Shown piece by piece: positions 1 through 8,897 of a DNA stretch of 64,000 bases. The stretch is taken from positions 160,001 through 224,000 of IMG/VR virus record IMGVR_UViG_3300021426_000063; one strand, written 5' to 3'. Below the pieces are notes generated by a model that was given only the letters and a program-made list of their open reading frames with translations, ran no database searches and had not been told where the DNA came from. This stretch comes from a virus (taxonomy: Duplodnaviria > Caudoviricetes). Positions within the stretch are counted from its first letter, which is position 1. Every line of letters starts with the position of its first letter. Both the position numbers and the translations under genes were made by a program.

Positions 1-2
1 AC

Positions 3-362
3 TTGGTAAAACACAAGAAAGATAATGTGATGTTCAATATTGCAATGAAAACATGTATATCTTATCTTATGTTTGAGATGGATTTCTGTGATCTCTTTGA
101 CTGGGTGAAGAAGCAGGCACCAGGAATGACAGACTATACTGCATTCAAAACAGTGATGAGACCAAGGAGAAGAAACAAGGATTGTTCAATTATGTCTGGA
201 GAACCTATGACAACATATTTCCAGGGATTTAATATGGTCAATACTATGGATGACCAGATGAGAGATGACATCCTACATTATAATATAGGTCCAGACCAGA
301 AATATGAACTTGAGAATATCAAGGAGTTCCTGAAGGTAAATAAATTCAAATCATTGAAATAA
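3..362 (+). CDS. C-terminal part of a protein truncated by the window edge; weak resemblance to the DUF1704/MATCAP-like metallopeptidase C-terminus
   Basis: Open frame from window start; AFKTVMRPRRRNKDCS...YFQG loosely matches the DUF1704 R.KRG..DTS...Y..G pattern. Confidence 0.4.
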   Translation: MVKHKKDNVMFNIAMKTCISYLMFEMDFCDLFDWVKKQAPGMTDYTAFKTVMRPRRRNKDCSIMSGEPMTTYFQGFNMVNTMDDQMRDDILHYNIGPDQKYELENIKEFLKVNKFKSLK

Positions 363-363
363 T

Positions 364-765
364 ATGAATACATTACTTGAATATAAAGATTTTATAACAT
401 TCAAAAGTTATATCAAGGAATCATTGGATAAACATATGTTTGATGAAGATCCAGGTGTTGATTTTGATGAACATTGGGTAAAATCAGAAAAGGGTTCTCC
501 TGAATTCCAATATGTATCAGATAGACTTCCTGTTTATAAAGGAAACAGACCACCTGTTGTTGACAGTGTATTCAATGCCGGCAACCATTATATTGCATAT
601 ATCTATGGTGGTGAGAATGGTCCTGGAAATTGGAAAGACTATTCAAAATGGTTAAGTGAGTTGTTTGCAAACCTTGATGGTGCAATACCTATTGACTTAA
701 CAAATGATTGTCCTGATGATGTATGGACATTGAGGTTATCATTTAAAATAAAAGAGAGTCTATAA
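364..765 (+). CDS. Hypothetical protein with capsid-targeting-like leader (FITFKSYIKE), possible internal head protein
   Basis: 133-aa ORF starting right after the upstream stop; leader resembles T4 internal-protein targeting sequences. Confidence 0.6.
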   Translation: MNTLLEYKDFITFKSYIKESLDKHMFDEDPGVDFDEHWVKSEKGSPEFQYVSDRLPVYKGNRPPVVDSVFNAGNHYIAYIYGGENGPGNWKDYSKWLSELFANLDGAIPIDLTNDCPDDVWTLRLSFKIKESL

Positions 766-781
766 CAGACTCTCTTTTTTC
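751..781. terminator. Bidirectional intrinsic terminator between convergent genes
   Basis: AAAGAGAGTC-TATAACA-GACTCTCTTT(TTT), perfect stem flanked by A and T tracts. Confidence 0.85.
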
Positions 782-1146
782 TGTGGTTTGCACATATAAA
801 CATCCAGTTCATATAGTGTACCATCCATAGATGCAAGTTGTGTCTTCTTGATTTCATCCTTATGGACTTTCATAATCTCATCTGCTATTCCTCTTATAAG
901 CATTTCAGGAACCCTTTCTTCAATGAAACCTTCATAACCTTTCATCCTTCCATATGTATCCATCATAGTATTGGAAATCATATACTGTGCATGTACCTTG
1001 TCAATATGGTACTGGTCATAGCATATCATTGAAGGAAGTGATGAAGACATCATTGGTAAACACATTTCCCTATTAACAGTCTTCTCATCGAGTTTCTTTG
1101 CTGTATTAAGAAACCACTTTGATAATTTTTCTCTCAATTTACTCAT
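760..1146 (-). CDS. Hypothetical protein
   Basis: 128-aa ORF with ATGA overlap to the upstream phosphoesterase gene. Confidence 0.7.
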   Translation of the reverse strand: MSKLREKLSKWFLNTAKKLDEKTVNREMCLPMMSSSLPSMICYDQYHIDKVHAQYMISNTMMDTYGRMKGYEGFIEERVPEMLIRGIADEIMKVHKDEIKKTQLASMDGTLYELDVYMCKPQKKESLL

Positions 1147-1901
1147 ATCTCAAACTCAAATGGATAATACATTTCTTTATAATCTTCATTCTTCAAGGAC
1201 ACATTCACCAACTTCTTCCCATCAAGTTCAACAGGAAGATGCTGACCAGAATGGACATGTCCACATAATGCATACTTGAAATTCCTGGTCTTCAACACCT
1301 CTGCCAATTCAGGAGAACCATAGTCTGTACCTGTATTGAAACAACCACCCTGGATGACCTCACCAAGACCTTCAATTTTTGGAGGCATATGGGTGATGAT
1401 GACATCACACTTATAAGGGATATTCTTGTACTTCTCCATAAGAGTACCATTATCCTGATAGAATGCCCAGGATGACAAATCCCTGATCCAAGGAGTACCA
1501 TAGAATCTGTGACCCTCATATTCATAAGAAGAATCACACAGATATACCAACTTATTATACTTACCTCTCAAATTACCAGGAAGGAGTTTCTTCATAACAT
1601 CAGATGCACTTCTCCAGGTATATCTCCTATATCCATCAGATTCATCTATCAATCTCCTGTGTATATTCTGTAAGAAGAAGTCATGATTACCACCTACCAA
1701 AATAAACTTCTCACAAGGAAGTTTCTCCACCCAGGGAAGAAACTCAAGACAGAACCAGGACACCATCTGTGTCTGGTCACCCTGGTAATCAAGAGGACTG
1801 ATGTCACCTGCACAGCAGACAACATCACACTCTGGGAGTTGAGGCAATGAACCATGTGTATCAGATATTGCAATACACTTTATTTTCTTTTCTTCAATCA
1901 T
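1143..1901 (-). CDS. Calcineurin-like metallophosphoesterase
   Basis: Motifs SDTHG, AGD, GGNHD, THMPP, CGHVH. Confidence 0.9.
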   Translation of the reverse strand: MIEEKKIKCIAISDTHGSLPQLPECDVVCCAGDISPLDYQGDQTQMVSWFCLEFLPWVEKLPCEKFILVGGNHDFFLQNIHRRLIDESDGYRRYTWRSASDVMKKLLPGNLRGKYNKLVYLCDSSYEYEGHRFYGTPWIRDLSSWAFYQDNGTLMEKYKNIPYKCDVIITHMPPKIEGLGEVIQGGCFNTGTDYGSPELAEVLKTRNFKYALCGHVHSGQHLPVELDGKKLVNVSLKNEDYKEMYYPFEFEI

Positions 1902-2173
1902 GCTTTATAAACCCATTCATTTAAATACCAATCACCATATATACCCATCAGGTCTTTTCTTCCTGTCAATAACTTATATGTATCTTCCATCTGTTCTTTT
2001 GTTACAATTACATATTTATTGAGAGGCATTTCAATTCCAAGATACTGTGAAACCTCATCACAAAGTTCTTGTTTACTGAACCAAATCTCACTTCTTATAT
2101 AATCATAATGTACAACATAATCATCATCTACATAATTATTGATTATGTGATGGAGCATATAATCTACCTTCAT
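1898..2173 (-). CDS. Hypothetical protein
   Basis: 91-aa ORF directly after a TTTGTTATTTTT motif; ATGA overlap with the next gene. Confidence 0.7.
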   Translation of the reverse strand: MKVDYMLHHIINNYVDDDYVVHYDYIRSEIWFSKQELCDEVSQYLGIEMPLNKYVIVTKEQMEDTYKLLTGRKDLMGIYGDWYLNEWVYKA

Positions 2174-2178
2174 AATAC

Positions 2179-2190
2179 AAAAATAACAAA
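2179..2190 (-). promoter_or_regulatory. TTTGTTATWTTT motif (putative middle promoter)
   Basis: Recurs close to start codons at 2179, 3705, 7949, 15976, 48127, 50566 (1 mismatch), 55696, 55888 on minus and 30250, 51416 on plus. Confidence 0.7.
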
Positions 2191-2218
2191 AAAGGATGAC
2201 ATTTACAAGTCATCCTTT
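2191..2218 (-). terminator. Intrinsic terminator after the methyltransferase pair
   Basis: AAAGGATGAC-8 nt-GTCATCCTTT stem with minus-strand T tract. Confidence 0.8.
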
Positions 2219-2221
2219 CAA

Positions 2222-2977
2222 TTAAAACAATTTTTCTGACAATTCACTTTGTAAATTCTTTATCCTCTCTTCTGCAATTTTATAATAATCTTCACTCATC
2301 TCAAACCCTATGAATCTCCTGTTTTCCATAATTGCGGCAACCGCAGTCGTACCACTGCCAATAAATGGATCCAGGATTACATCATCTTCATATGTGAATA
2401 ACCTGATACACCTCTTTGGTAATTCAACAGGATATGCAGCAGGATGACCTATCTTTTTCAGGTTCTCACAATTGAAACTCCACATACCATTACTCCAATC
2501 TATGAATTCTTTTTTCTCAATGGTTATCTTTCCCTTGTGAATGAGTTTTGGTGATTTACAAAATATCAATATATACTCAAAACATCTTGGAAAGGAAGGA
2601 GATGAAGGACTCATAAAACTTCCCCATGCACATCTGTTACTTGTTGTGTTCTTATTCCATATGATTATGGTGAGTATATGGAATCCTATTTCCTTTGCAA
2701 TTTGAATAAAATCAGAGTGTGTTGGTATTGAACCATTCTTTGTATCACCTATATTCACACACATCCTGCCATCATCTGTCAATACCCTGTATGATTCTGA
2801 AAAGATTTCTTTCATCCAATGAAGATAATCCTCATATGGTTTATTGTCTTTATACTCATCATAATCAAGACCTACATTATATGGTGGTGATGTTATGATA
2901 CAATGAATTGATTTGTCAGATATATCCTTCATACCTGTCAAACAATCCTCATTGTATATTTTGTTTAATTCTTTCAT
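2222..2977 (-). CDS. Beta-class DNA methyltransferase, probably N4-cytosine (SPPY)
   Basis: Catalytic TSPPY, HPAAYP, and LDPFIGSGTT SAM-binding motif; ATG at 2977 (MKELNKIYNEDCL). Confidence 0.88.
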   Translation of the reverse strand: MKELNKIYNEDCLTGMKDISDKSIHCIITSPPYNVGLDYDEYKDNKPYEDYLHWMKEIFSESYRVLTDDGRMCVNIGDTKNGSIPTHSDFIQIAKEIGFHILTIIIWNKNTTSNRCAWGSFMSPSSPSFPRCFEYILIFCKSPKLIHKGKITIEKKEFIDWSNGMWSFNCENLKKIGHPAAYPVELPKRCIRLFTYEDDVILDPFIGSGTTAVAAIMENRRFIGFEMSEDYYKIAEERIKNLQSELSEKLF

Positions 2978-3698
2978 TTGCAATATTGAAATAATTTACA
3001 TCTGTCTCAAAACCAATAAAATTTCTTCCAGTGTTCATACAAGCAATTGCAGTTGTACCTGAGCCAATACAGTTGTCAAGAATAACATCACCTTCATTGG
3101 AATAGGATTTTATCAACCACTCAATAAGTTCAACAGGTTTCTGTGTAGGATGAACCTGGTCCTGTCTCCTCCACTTCTGCTGGAACTCCAACACACTGTC
3201 AGGATATCTGTATCCATCATTGACACTGACCACTTCTTTCCTGTTGAATCCTATCTGGTGGTTATTGATGTCAACCTCTGAAATCTTATGGGTTCTCTTG
3301 TATGGTTTGCCTGGTTTCATCTGTGGGTTATAGACAGTTTTTTCACCATTCCTTGAAAAGATACTGATGTTCTCATGCTTGGCAATGGGCCTATACTTGG
3401 CACAAAAGGCAGAACCAGACTTTGACTTCTTCCAAATCAAATCATACTTGTACCATTTCAGATTACTCATCCTTAACATACTACTGAAAGGTTCTGTACC
3501 AAAGAGAATGATTGCACCATTGTCTTTGATAATTCTCTCATACTGTTCCCACAATTTATCAAAAGGAATGAGTATATCCCAGGCACAACTTGTCGACCCA
3601 TAAGGGGGATCACAGATAATACAATCCACAGACTTGTCAGGTATATCTCTCATACCAATAAGACAATCCTCATTATAAATCTTATTCAACTCCTTCAT
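2949..3698 (-). CDS. Beta-class DNA methyltransferase, probably N6-adenine (DPPY)
   Basis: CDPPY, HPTQKP, LDNCIGSGTT; ATG at 3698 just after the promoter motif at 3705-3716. Confidence 0.88.
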   Translation of the reverse strand: MKELNKIYNEDCLIGMRDIPDKSVDCIICDPPYGSTSCAWDILIPFDKLWEQYERIIKDNGAIILFGTEPFSSMLRMSNLKWYKYDLIWKKSKSGSAFCAKYRPIAKHENISIFSRNGEKTVYNPQMKPGKPYKRTHKISEVDINNHQIGFNRKEVVSVNDGYRYPDSVLEFQQKWRRQDQVHPTQKPVELIEWLIKSYSNEGDVILDNCIGSGTTAIACMNTGRNFIGFETDVNYFNIANERIKQNIQ

Positions 3699-3714
3699 AA
3701 CATTAAAAATAACA

Positions 3715-3746
3715 AAATTGGGGAGACTTAACCATCTCCCCAATTT
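3715..3746 (-). terminator. Intrinsic terminator after nrdG
   Basis: AAATTGGGGAGA-CTTAACCA-TCTCCCCAATTT perfect 12-bp stem. Confidence 0.8.
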
Positions 3747-3749
3747 CAT

Positions 3750-4232
3750 TTATAACTTTGAACTTATGTCCTCTCCTGTCTTTAAATCTATGATTCTCTG
3801 GTTTGAACTACCTCTGAATGCCAGTGATGTGTCTCTCTTTGTACAATCATACATCCCATCTACCAGAATGTCTGAAAGTTCAAGAATCTCCTTGAAGTGT
3901 TCCTTACAGTATTCATAAGTATATCCTGTATAAATCCACACATCCTTTGTGTTTCCAAACCTTTCTCTGAAATGTTGAAGAAGTTCCAGTACACCATCAG
4001 GACTGTCAAGTGGGTCACCACCACTCAATGTCAATCCCTTAATGTAAGGTTTATCTATCTCATTAAAGAGAACTTCTTCAACCTTTCCATTGTAAACCTT
4101 ACCAGAACTAAAACTCCAGGTCTTCCTGTTGTGGCACTGCTTACAATGATGGGTACAACCTGACACCCACAATGTAACCCTGCATCCTAAACCATTATTT
4201 ACATCAGATGCTGTGATACTTTCATATTTCAT
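3750..4232 (-). CDS. nrdG: Anaerobic ribonucleotide reductase activase (radical SAM)
   Basis: CTHHCKQC (CxxxCxxC), GLTLSGGDP, FRGSSNQRII; overlaps the nrdD stop. Confidence 0.95.
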   Translation of the reverse strand: MKYESITASDVNNGLGCRVTLWVSGCTHHCKQCHNRKTWSFSSGKVYNGKVEEVLFNEIDKPYIKGLTLSGGDPLDSPDGVLELLQHFRERFGNTKDVWIYTGYTYEYCKEHFKEILELSDILVDGMYDCTKRDTSLAFRGSSNQRIIDLKTGEDISSKL

Positions 4233-6535
4233 TTTACAATAATTTCCTTATTATGTTTCACTCTATCCTTTACCTCATCCTGCTTTCCAAGATTGAATGC
4301 AGTCTTGTAATCGCCGGTAAGGTATCCTGTAACTCGGCGAAGTCTGTGGATATTTGTACTTCCACATCTTGGACAGTTCTCACCAATCTCACCCTGCCAA
4401 CCACAATCAACACAAAGGTCATTAGGAGTATTAACTGCAAAGTAAGGAATGTCCTTGTTCATTGCATAATTGACAATGGTTTCCAATGCTTCAATATTAT
4501 GAAGAACTGTTGAAGGAAGTTCAACATAAGTGATACAACCTGCTGAACTGTATCCTGTCAACTGTGACTCAATGTCAATTTTCTCAAATGGAGTTACCTT
4601 TTCCCATACAGGAACATGCATTGAATTAGTGAAGTATTCTCTATCAGATACATTCTCAATGACACCATACTTGTCACGGAATTTCTTGAGAGCAGTATAG
4701 CAAAGATTTTCAGCAGGTGTATAATAAACACCAAAGTTGAGACTGTATTTCTGTTTATACTCTGCACATCTGTCTTTAAATAACTGCTCAATCCTCTTTG
4801 CAAGTTCCATACCTTCATCAGTACATTGGTTCTTACCAATAAGGAGTTGAAGTGTCTCTGCAAGACCAAGCTGACCAATTACAATAGTACCATGCTTGAG
4901 TGCTGACCTGATACCTTCTTCTGGAATGTAACCTGCCATAGTGTGGTTAATGTACATAAAGTCTGCTGACTTTGGAGACTGTGAGCAGATCCACTCAAAT
5001 CTTTCAAGAAGCATATCCTTTGCCTCACCAATCTTCTTGTCAAGGAGTTTCATAAATTTCTCAACATCCCTGTCTGCTTCCATTGCAAGGGTAGGCATAA
5101 TGATGGTCACAGGGCAGATGTTACCTCTACCATCCTTCAACTGACCAAAACCATTGATGTCCCAACCATTGGCAGTACGACAACCCATTGTACTGAAATA
5201 AGTTCTTGGATCATTCCTGTCATAACCAGCATTACCTGACCAGTCTACATTGGCATAGTTAGGATAGAGCCTCTTTGCTGTTGACTGCAAGGCCATCTTG
5301 AACAAATCATAATTAGGAGTACCAGGTCTGTCATTGACACCCTTCATATACTGGAAGATACCACAAGGGAAGATAGGAGTCTTATGGAACTTACCAACAC
5401 CCTTGATTGAACCCTGGATGAGAGCCTTTGTAACAACCCTACCTTCTGCACTGGTACAAGTACCATAGTTGATGGAAGTGAAAGGAAGCTGATTACCACT
5501 TCTGGACTGTAAGGTGTTGAGGTTATGATACATACCTTCAACAGCCTGCTTTAACTCAATAAGAGTATTCTTCTTTGCACTCTGATAATAGACAGGATTA
5601 AGTTTCTCCTTGTTGTCAAAGAAGAAGTCTTCCCTGGTGAGACCCAATTTCTTGAGCATCTCATCCCTGTGTTCATCACACCAGTCATCAAACTTGTTTC
5701 TTGAAATGATGTACTTCTTTCCATCATCACCAATAATAGTCTCATCATAATCACTGAAAATCATTTCTTCAACATCCAGTTCAAGGAACTCTGGACAGTC
5801 TTCAAGACATCTCTGGATATAGTGTTTGAAGAATGATTTCTGAACATAAGGTACCATTGTCCAGTCAAGGTGTGTTGCTGATACACCACCAAACTGCTGA
5901 AGTGACTGTAACTGGAAGATGACTGCGACAAGCTGCATTGCAGTATTGATTGAGTTGGCAGGACGTACATCTGTCTGTCTTGTGTTGAATCCCTTTGAGA
6001 GTAAATCATCAAATGGAACAGAAAGACAGTTGTGCATACCTGCTGCATAGGAATCAAGGTCATGGATATAAATCTCATTGTTAATATGATTGTTCCTTGA
6101 CTTCCTTGACATACAATTCTTCAAAGCATAATCCTTCAAAACAAGTCTTGTAACCTCACCCATCTTACCACCAAATGATGATTCATCCACATTGGCATTC
6201 TGGTTCTTTACATCTGATGCTTTGATTGCTTTCTCAACCTCCTTCTCCTGCTTACTCTTCTCATCTCTCATTGCCTTGTGTTCTGCTCTATAAATGATGA
6301 AGTTTTTTGCAACACAAGGATAATACCTCATAAGATACTTTTCAAGTTTATCCTGGATGTCTTCCACATGCATTGATTCTTCCTCAATGTCATTCACCCA
6401 CCCCTTGATAAAATCATAAACCTCAACAGGTGTCTCCATCTCTTTTGATGCAAATGCCTTGTCAAGGACATTATAAATCTTCTCAATTCGGAAGTGGGCA
6501 GGTGTCCCATCTCTTTTTATTACTGTTTTAATCAT
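4229..6535 (-). CDS. nrdD: Class III anaerobic ribonucleoside-triphosphate reductase
   Basis: N-terminal ATP cone (VIKRDG), IYIHDLD, HNC, MGCRT, TPAENL, CVDC/CPRC zinc site, glycyl-radical RRVTGYL. Confidence 0.97.
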   Translation of the reverse strand: MIKTVIKRDGTPAHFRIEKIYNVLDKAFASKEMETPVEVYDFIKGWVNDIEEESMHVEDIQDKLEKYLMRYYPCVAKNFIIYRAEHKAMRDEKSKQEKEVEKAIKASDVKNQNANVDESSFGGKMGEVTRLVLKDYALKNCMSRKSRNNHINNEIYIHDLDSYAAGMHNCLSVPFDDLLSKGFNTRQTDVRPANSINTAMQLVAVIFQLQSLQQFGGVSATHLDWTMVPYVQKSFFKHYIQRCLEDCPEFLELDVEEMIFSDYDETIIGDDGKKYIISRNKFDDWCDEHRDEMLKKLGLTREDFFFDNKEKLNPVYYQSAKKNTLIELKQAVEGMYHNLNTLQSRSGNQLPFTSINYGTCTSAEGRVVTKALIQGSIKGVGKFHKTPIFPCGIFQYMKGVNDRPGTPNYDLFKMALQSTAKRLYPNYANVDWSGNAGYDRNDPRTYFSTMGCRTANGWDINGFGQLKDGRGNICPVTIIMPTLAMEADRDVEKFMKLLDKKIGEAKDMLLERFEWICSQSPKSADFMYINHTMAGYIPEEGIRSALKHGTIVIGQLGLAETLQLLIGKNQCTDEGMELAKRIEQLFKDRCAEYKQKYSLNFGVYYTPAENLCYTALKKFRDKYGVIENVSDREYFTNSMHVPVWEKVTPFEKIDIESQLTGYSSAGCITYVELPSTVLHNIEALETIVNYAMNKDIPYFAVNTPNDLCVDCGWQGEIGENCPRCGSTNIHRLRRVTGYLTGDYKTAFNLGKQDEVKDRVKHNKEIIVK

Positions 6536-6558
6536 AAAAATACTTTTGTTATTATATC

Positions 6559-7218
6559 TTATTCACCACAGTTAAGTTGGTTAACTATGGTGTTTGTGTT
6601 CTCATCAACAGTGAAATAATTATGATAAACAGCAACTGTACCATTATAGACATCTTCTCTTCCAAGAAGTTCTACATTCTCAACAGTCTTGTACTCATAA
6701 TTATCAGAGGAAGTACAAACCTTTCCACATTTAACATTATAGAGATCTGCTTCATATCCATCCCTGGTGCAGATCTCTCTCTCATCCCAGACACACTCAA
6801 ACTCTTCACCAGATACTTCACATTTCTTAATTACTGTACCCTTCTTAGTTCCAGTGTATTCTGTAAACTGTTTATCCTTCTCATCAATATCAAAAGGAAG
6901 GATAACAGGATATTTAATAGACACAATCTTATATCCATCAAACAGATCGCCGGCAAATACATAACCATCATCTGTAAGGAACATATGATTGGCCGTTGCT
7001 TTTAGTACTGTACCATCAGTCAATGTGATTTTCACAAGTTCCACATTGTATCCTGACACCCTTGGATGGAACATTTTTGATACCTTGATGTTTCCATCTC
7101 CATCCAAACAATACACATTCACATCATCACCAGCATCAGCCAGTTCCTTGAAGGATTTGAACCCTTCAACAGTCCATACCTTGGTATCTCCTGTAACACA
7201 AGGATTTAGTTTATTCAT
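6559..7218 (-). CDS. Free-standing mini-intein (Hint domain) flanked by RNR extein remnants NP|...|CGE
   Basis: Block A CVTGDTKV at residue 7, block B ATANHMF, block F EDVYNGTVAVYHNYF, terminal Asn216 followed by CGE-stop. Confidence 0.88.
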   Translation of the reverse strand: MNKLNPCVTGDTKVWTVEGFKSFKELADAGDDVNVYCLDGDGNIKVSKMFHPRVSGYNVELVKITLTDGTVLKATANHMFLTDDGYVFAGDLFDGYKIVSIKYPVILPFDIDEKDKQFTEYTGTKKGTVIKKCEVSGEEFECVWDEREICTRDGYEADLYNVKCGKVCTSSDNYEYKTVENVELLGREDVYNGTVAVYHNYFTVDENTNTIVNQLNCGE

Positions 7219-7239
7219 TTAAAAAAATTTAATAAAAAG

Positions 7240-7785
7240 TTAAACATTAAAACCAATATTCCTCGCTCGGTGGAATAATTTATTTATGTAATCATTTACT
7301 GATTTTTCATCCTCAAACCGGAGGTCATAAGTGCTGAAATCTTTAAAATCCTCTGTATCAGCAGCTATCCTCTTTTCATTGTCATCTCCAACCTTGTTTG
7401 TATATCTTTTTTCCAGTCTCTCCCTTCTAAGTTCAACAGGCATATCAAGGTAAATGATTGTAAATCTGTCTCTTAACTCTGGATATAATGTAAACACATC
7501 CTTCACATTGGCAGGTGAGAGAATGGCAACACTGGAGTTCATAAGTTCATCATAAGACACTCCATACCATCCTATACGATAGAAATTGACAGAGATAAAC
7601 TTTGCTCTGTCATCCATATCTTTAAATTCTTCTTCAGAGACAAAATGATATTCATCACCTGTCTCATTCTCTCTCTTCTCACGGGTAGTGTACTGCTTCA
7701 TAGGTTTATACCCAATCTCAACCAATTTCTTTAAGAACCAGTCCTTTCCAGATGCTCCTGGTCCGACAATGATATACTTACTCAT
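7240..7785 (-). CDS. Guanylate kinase-like nucleoside monophosphate kinase
   Basis: GPGASGKD P-loop, YTTREKRENETGDEYHFVS, WYGV. Confidence 0.85.
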   Translation of the reverse strand: MSKYIIVGPGASGKDWFLKKLVEIGYKPMKQYTTREKRENETGDEYHFVSEEEFKDMDDRAKFISVNFYRIGWYGVSYDELMNSSVAILSPANVKDVFTLYPELRDRFTIIYLDMPVELRRERLEKRYTNKVGDDNEKRIAADTEDFKDFSTYDLRFEDEKSVNDYINKLFHRARNIGFNV

Positions 7786-7942
7786 CTAATAGTTTATTAA
7801 AGTTCTCAATCAGGTTTCCTTTGAGGTTGTTTTCCCATTCCTCATTGGTCATAGGAAGATATACAACATCTCCATCACTCATATGAATTGCTGCTTCTTC
7901 TTTAACAGCATTATATGTCACTCTATAAATCTTACCTTTCAT
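7778..7942 (-). CDS. Small hypothetical protein (54 aa, MKGKIYRVTYNAVKEEAA...), not in ORF track
   Basis: Hand-translated; ATG just after the promoter motif at 7949-7960; stop overlaps the kinase start. Confidence 0.65.
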   Translation of the reverse strand: MKGKIYRVTYNAVKEEAAIHMSDGDVVYLPMTNEEWENNLKGNLIENFNKLLDE

Positions 7943-7963
7943 ATATGAAAAAATAACAAAAAA

Positions 7964-7985
7964 AGGAGATGATTACTCATCTCCT
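7964..7985 (-). terminator. Intrinsic terminator
   Basis: AGGAGATGA-TTAC-TCATCTCCT stem with minus-strand T tract running into the promoter motif. Confidence 0.8.
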
Positions 7986-8505
7986 ATTCAAAAATATCTG
8001 TTTGAATTTTATTCTCATCAAACAAACCAAAGAACCTTAACAGTTTTTGTTTCCTTGTCAATGTATTTTCTGTGATATATGGATTGTCAATACCATCCAG
8101 AGTTTCATCCAGAGGTTCATATCTATATTCCCTGGACCACCCATCATTATGTTCCCATAGAGTCTCACACCTGGTTATCTTTGCAAGTCTTCCACCACTA
8201 TACATATTACCTATAAATATCAGGTCTCCAACTTCAAGATCATTCCTTCCAAAGTAATACCCTTCATCCTGTTCATTACAAAAGAATGTAACTTTCCTGT
8301 TCTTTCTATCTACCCAACCATCATTACACCTGTATGCTTTGACGTTCATCTCCATAAGTTTGTTATGGAATTCCTTCATTTCCCTTTTCATCTTTGCATC
8401 AATTTCAAGGAATGTAGGAAGAAATCTGGAATCATGTATTTCAATGGATCCACCACCAGGAATGCCAAATTTCTCTTTTATTAAGTATTCATCTGGAATT
8501 GACAT
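7984..8505 (-). CDS. Hypothetical protein
   Basis: 173-aa ORF ending in a terminator hairpin. Confidence 0.7.
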   Translation of the reverse strand: MSIPDEYLIKEKFGIPGGGSIEIHDSRFLPTFLEIDAKMKREMKEFHNKLMEMNVKAYRCNDGWVDRKNRKVTFFCNEQDEGYYFGRNDLEVGDLIFIGNMYSGGRLAKITRCETLWEHNDGWSREYRYEPLDETLDGIDNPYITENTLTRKQKLLRFFGLFDENKIQTDIFE

Positions 8506-8588
8506 ATCTCATTATTTATTAAAGAATTATGTTGAAAAAATCAATAGTGATCAAATGGCCCGTTTGTATATTATTAAATATAATACAT

Positions 8589-8768
8589 TTAAAATCCCAG
8601 AACTGAAACCAGGAGATAAATCAAACCATAGATTAAAGAAAAGATAATAAGAAACCTAATAATAGAATATAACAGACTGATTATAAACATTATAAGTTTC
8701 CATATCATAGGTATCAGAATAATAAGACCTACAATAGAAAATATCACTATGATAATAGTAAACAACAT
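8589..8768 (-). CDS. Small, very hydrophobic membrane protein (59 aa), not in ORF track
   Basis: Hand translation MLFTIIIVIFSIVGLIILIPMIWKLIMFIISLLYSIIRFLIIFSLIYGLIYLLVSVLGF; starts 3 nt after the upstream stop. Confidence 0.6.
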   Translation of the reverse strand: MLFTIIIVIFSIVGLIILIPMIWKLIMFIISLLYSIIRFLIIFSLIYGLIYLLVSVLGF

Positions 8769-8771
8769 AAC

Positions 8772-8891
8772 TTACTTCTTTACATCACTAACAGGTTCTT
8801 CTGTTTTGAGTTTCTTCAAGATGTCTTTCTTTTTATGTTTGGTTCTTTTGAAAGACCATCCACCATTTCTTGTTTTGATAATCTTAAACAT
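8772..8891 (-). CDS. Small basic hypothetical protein (39 aa), not in ORF track
   Basis: MFKIIKTRNGGWSFKRTKHKKKDILKKLKTEEPVSDVKK; tight spacing on both sides. Confidence 0.5.
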   Translation of the reverse strand: MFKIIKTRNGGWSFKRTKHKKKDILKKLKTEEPVSDVKK

Positions 8892-8897
8892 AATCTC

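Noticed and set aside
6545-6557. Plus-strand TTTGTTATTATA between the intein ORF and nrdD as an antisense promoter
   Set aside because: Imperfect match inside an AT-rich 23-nt leader; chance is a sufficient explanation.
8506-8897. tRNA or structured ncRNA in the apparent gap
   Set aside because: Most of the gap is filled by two small minus-strand ORFs, and I found no cloverleaf or GC-rich stems here or in other intergenic regions.
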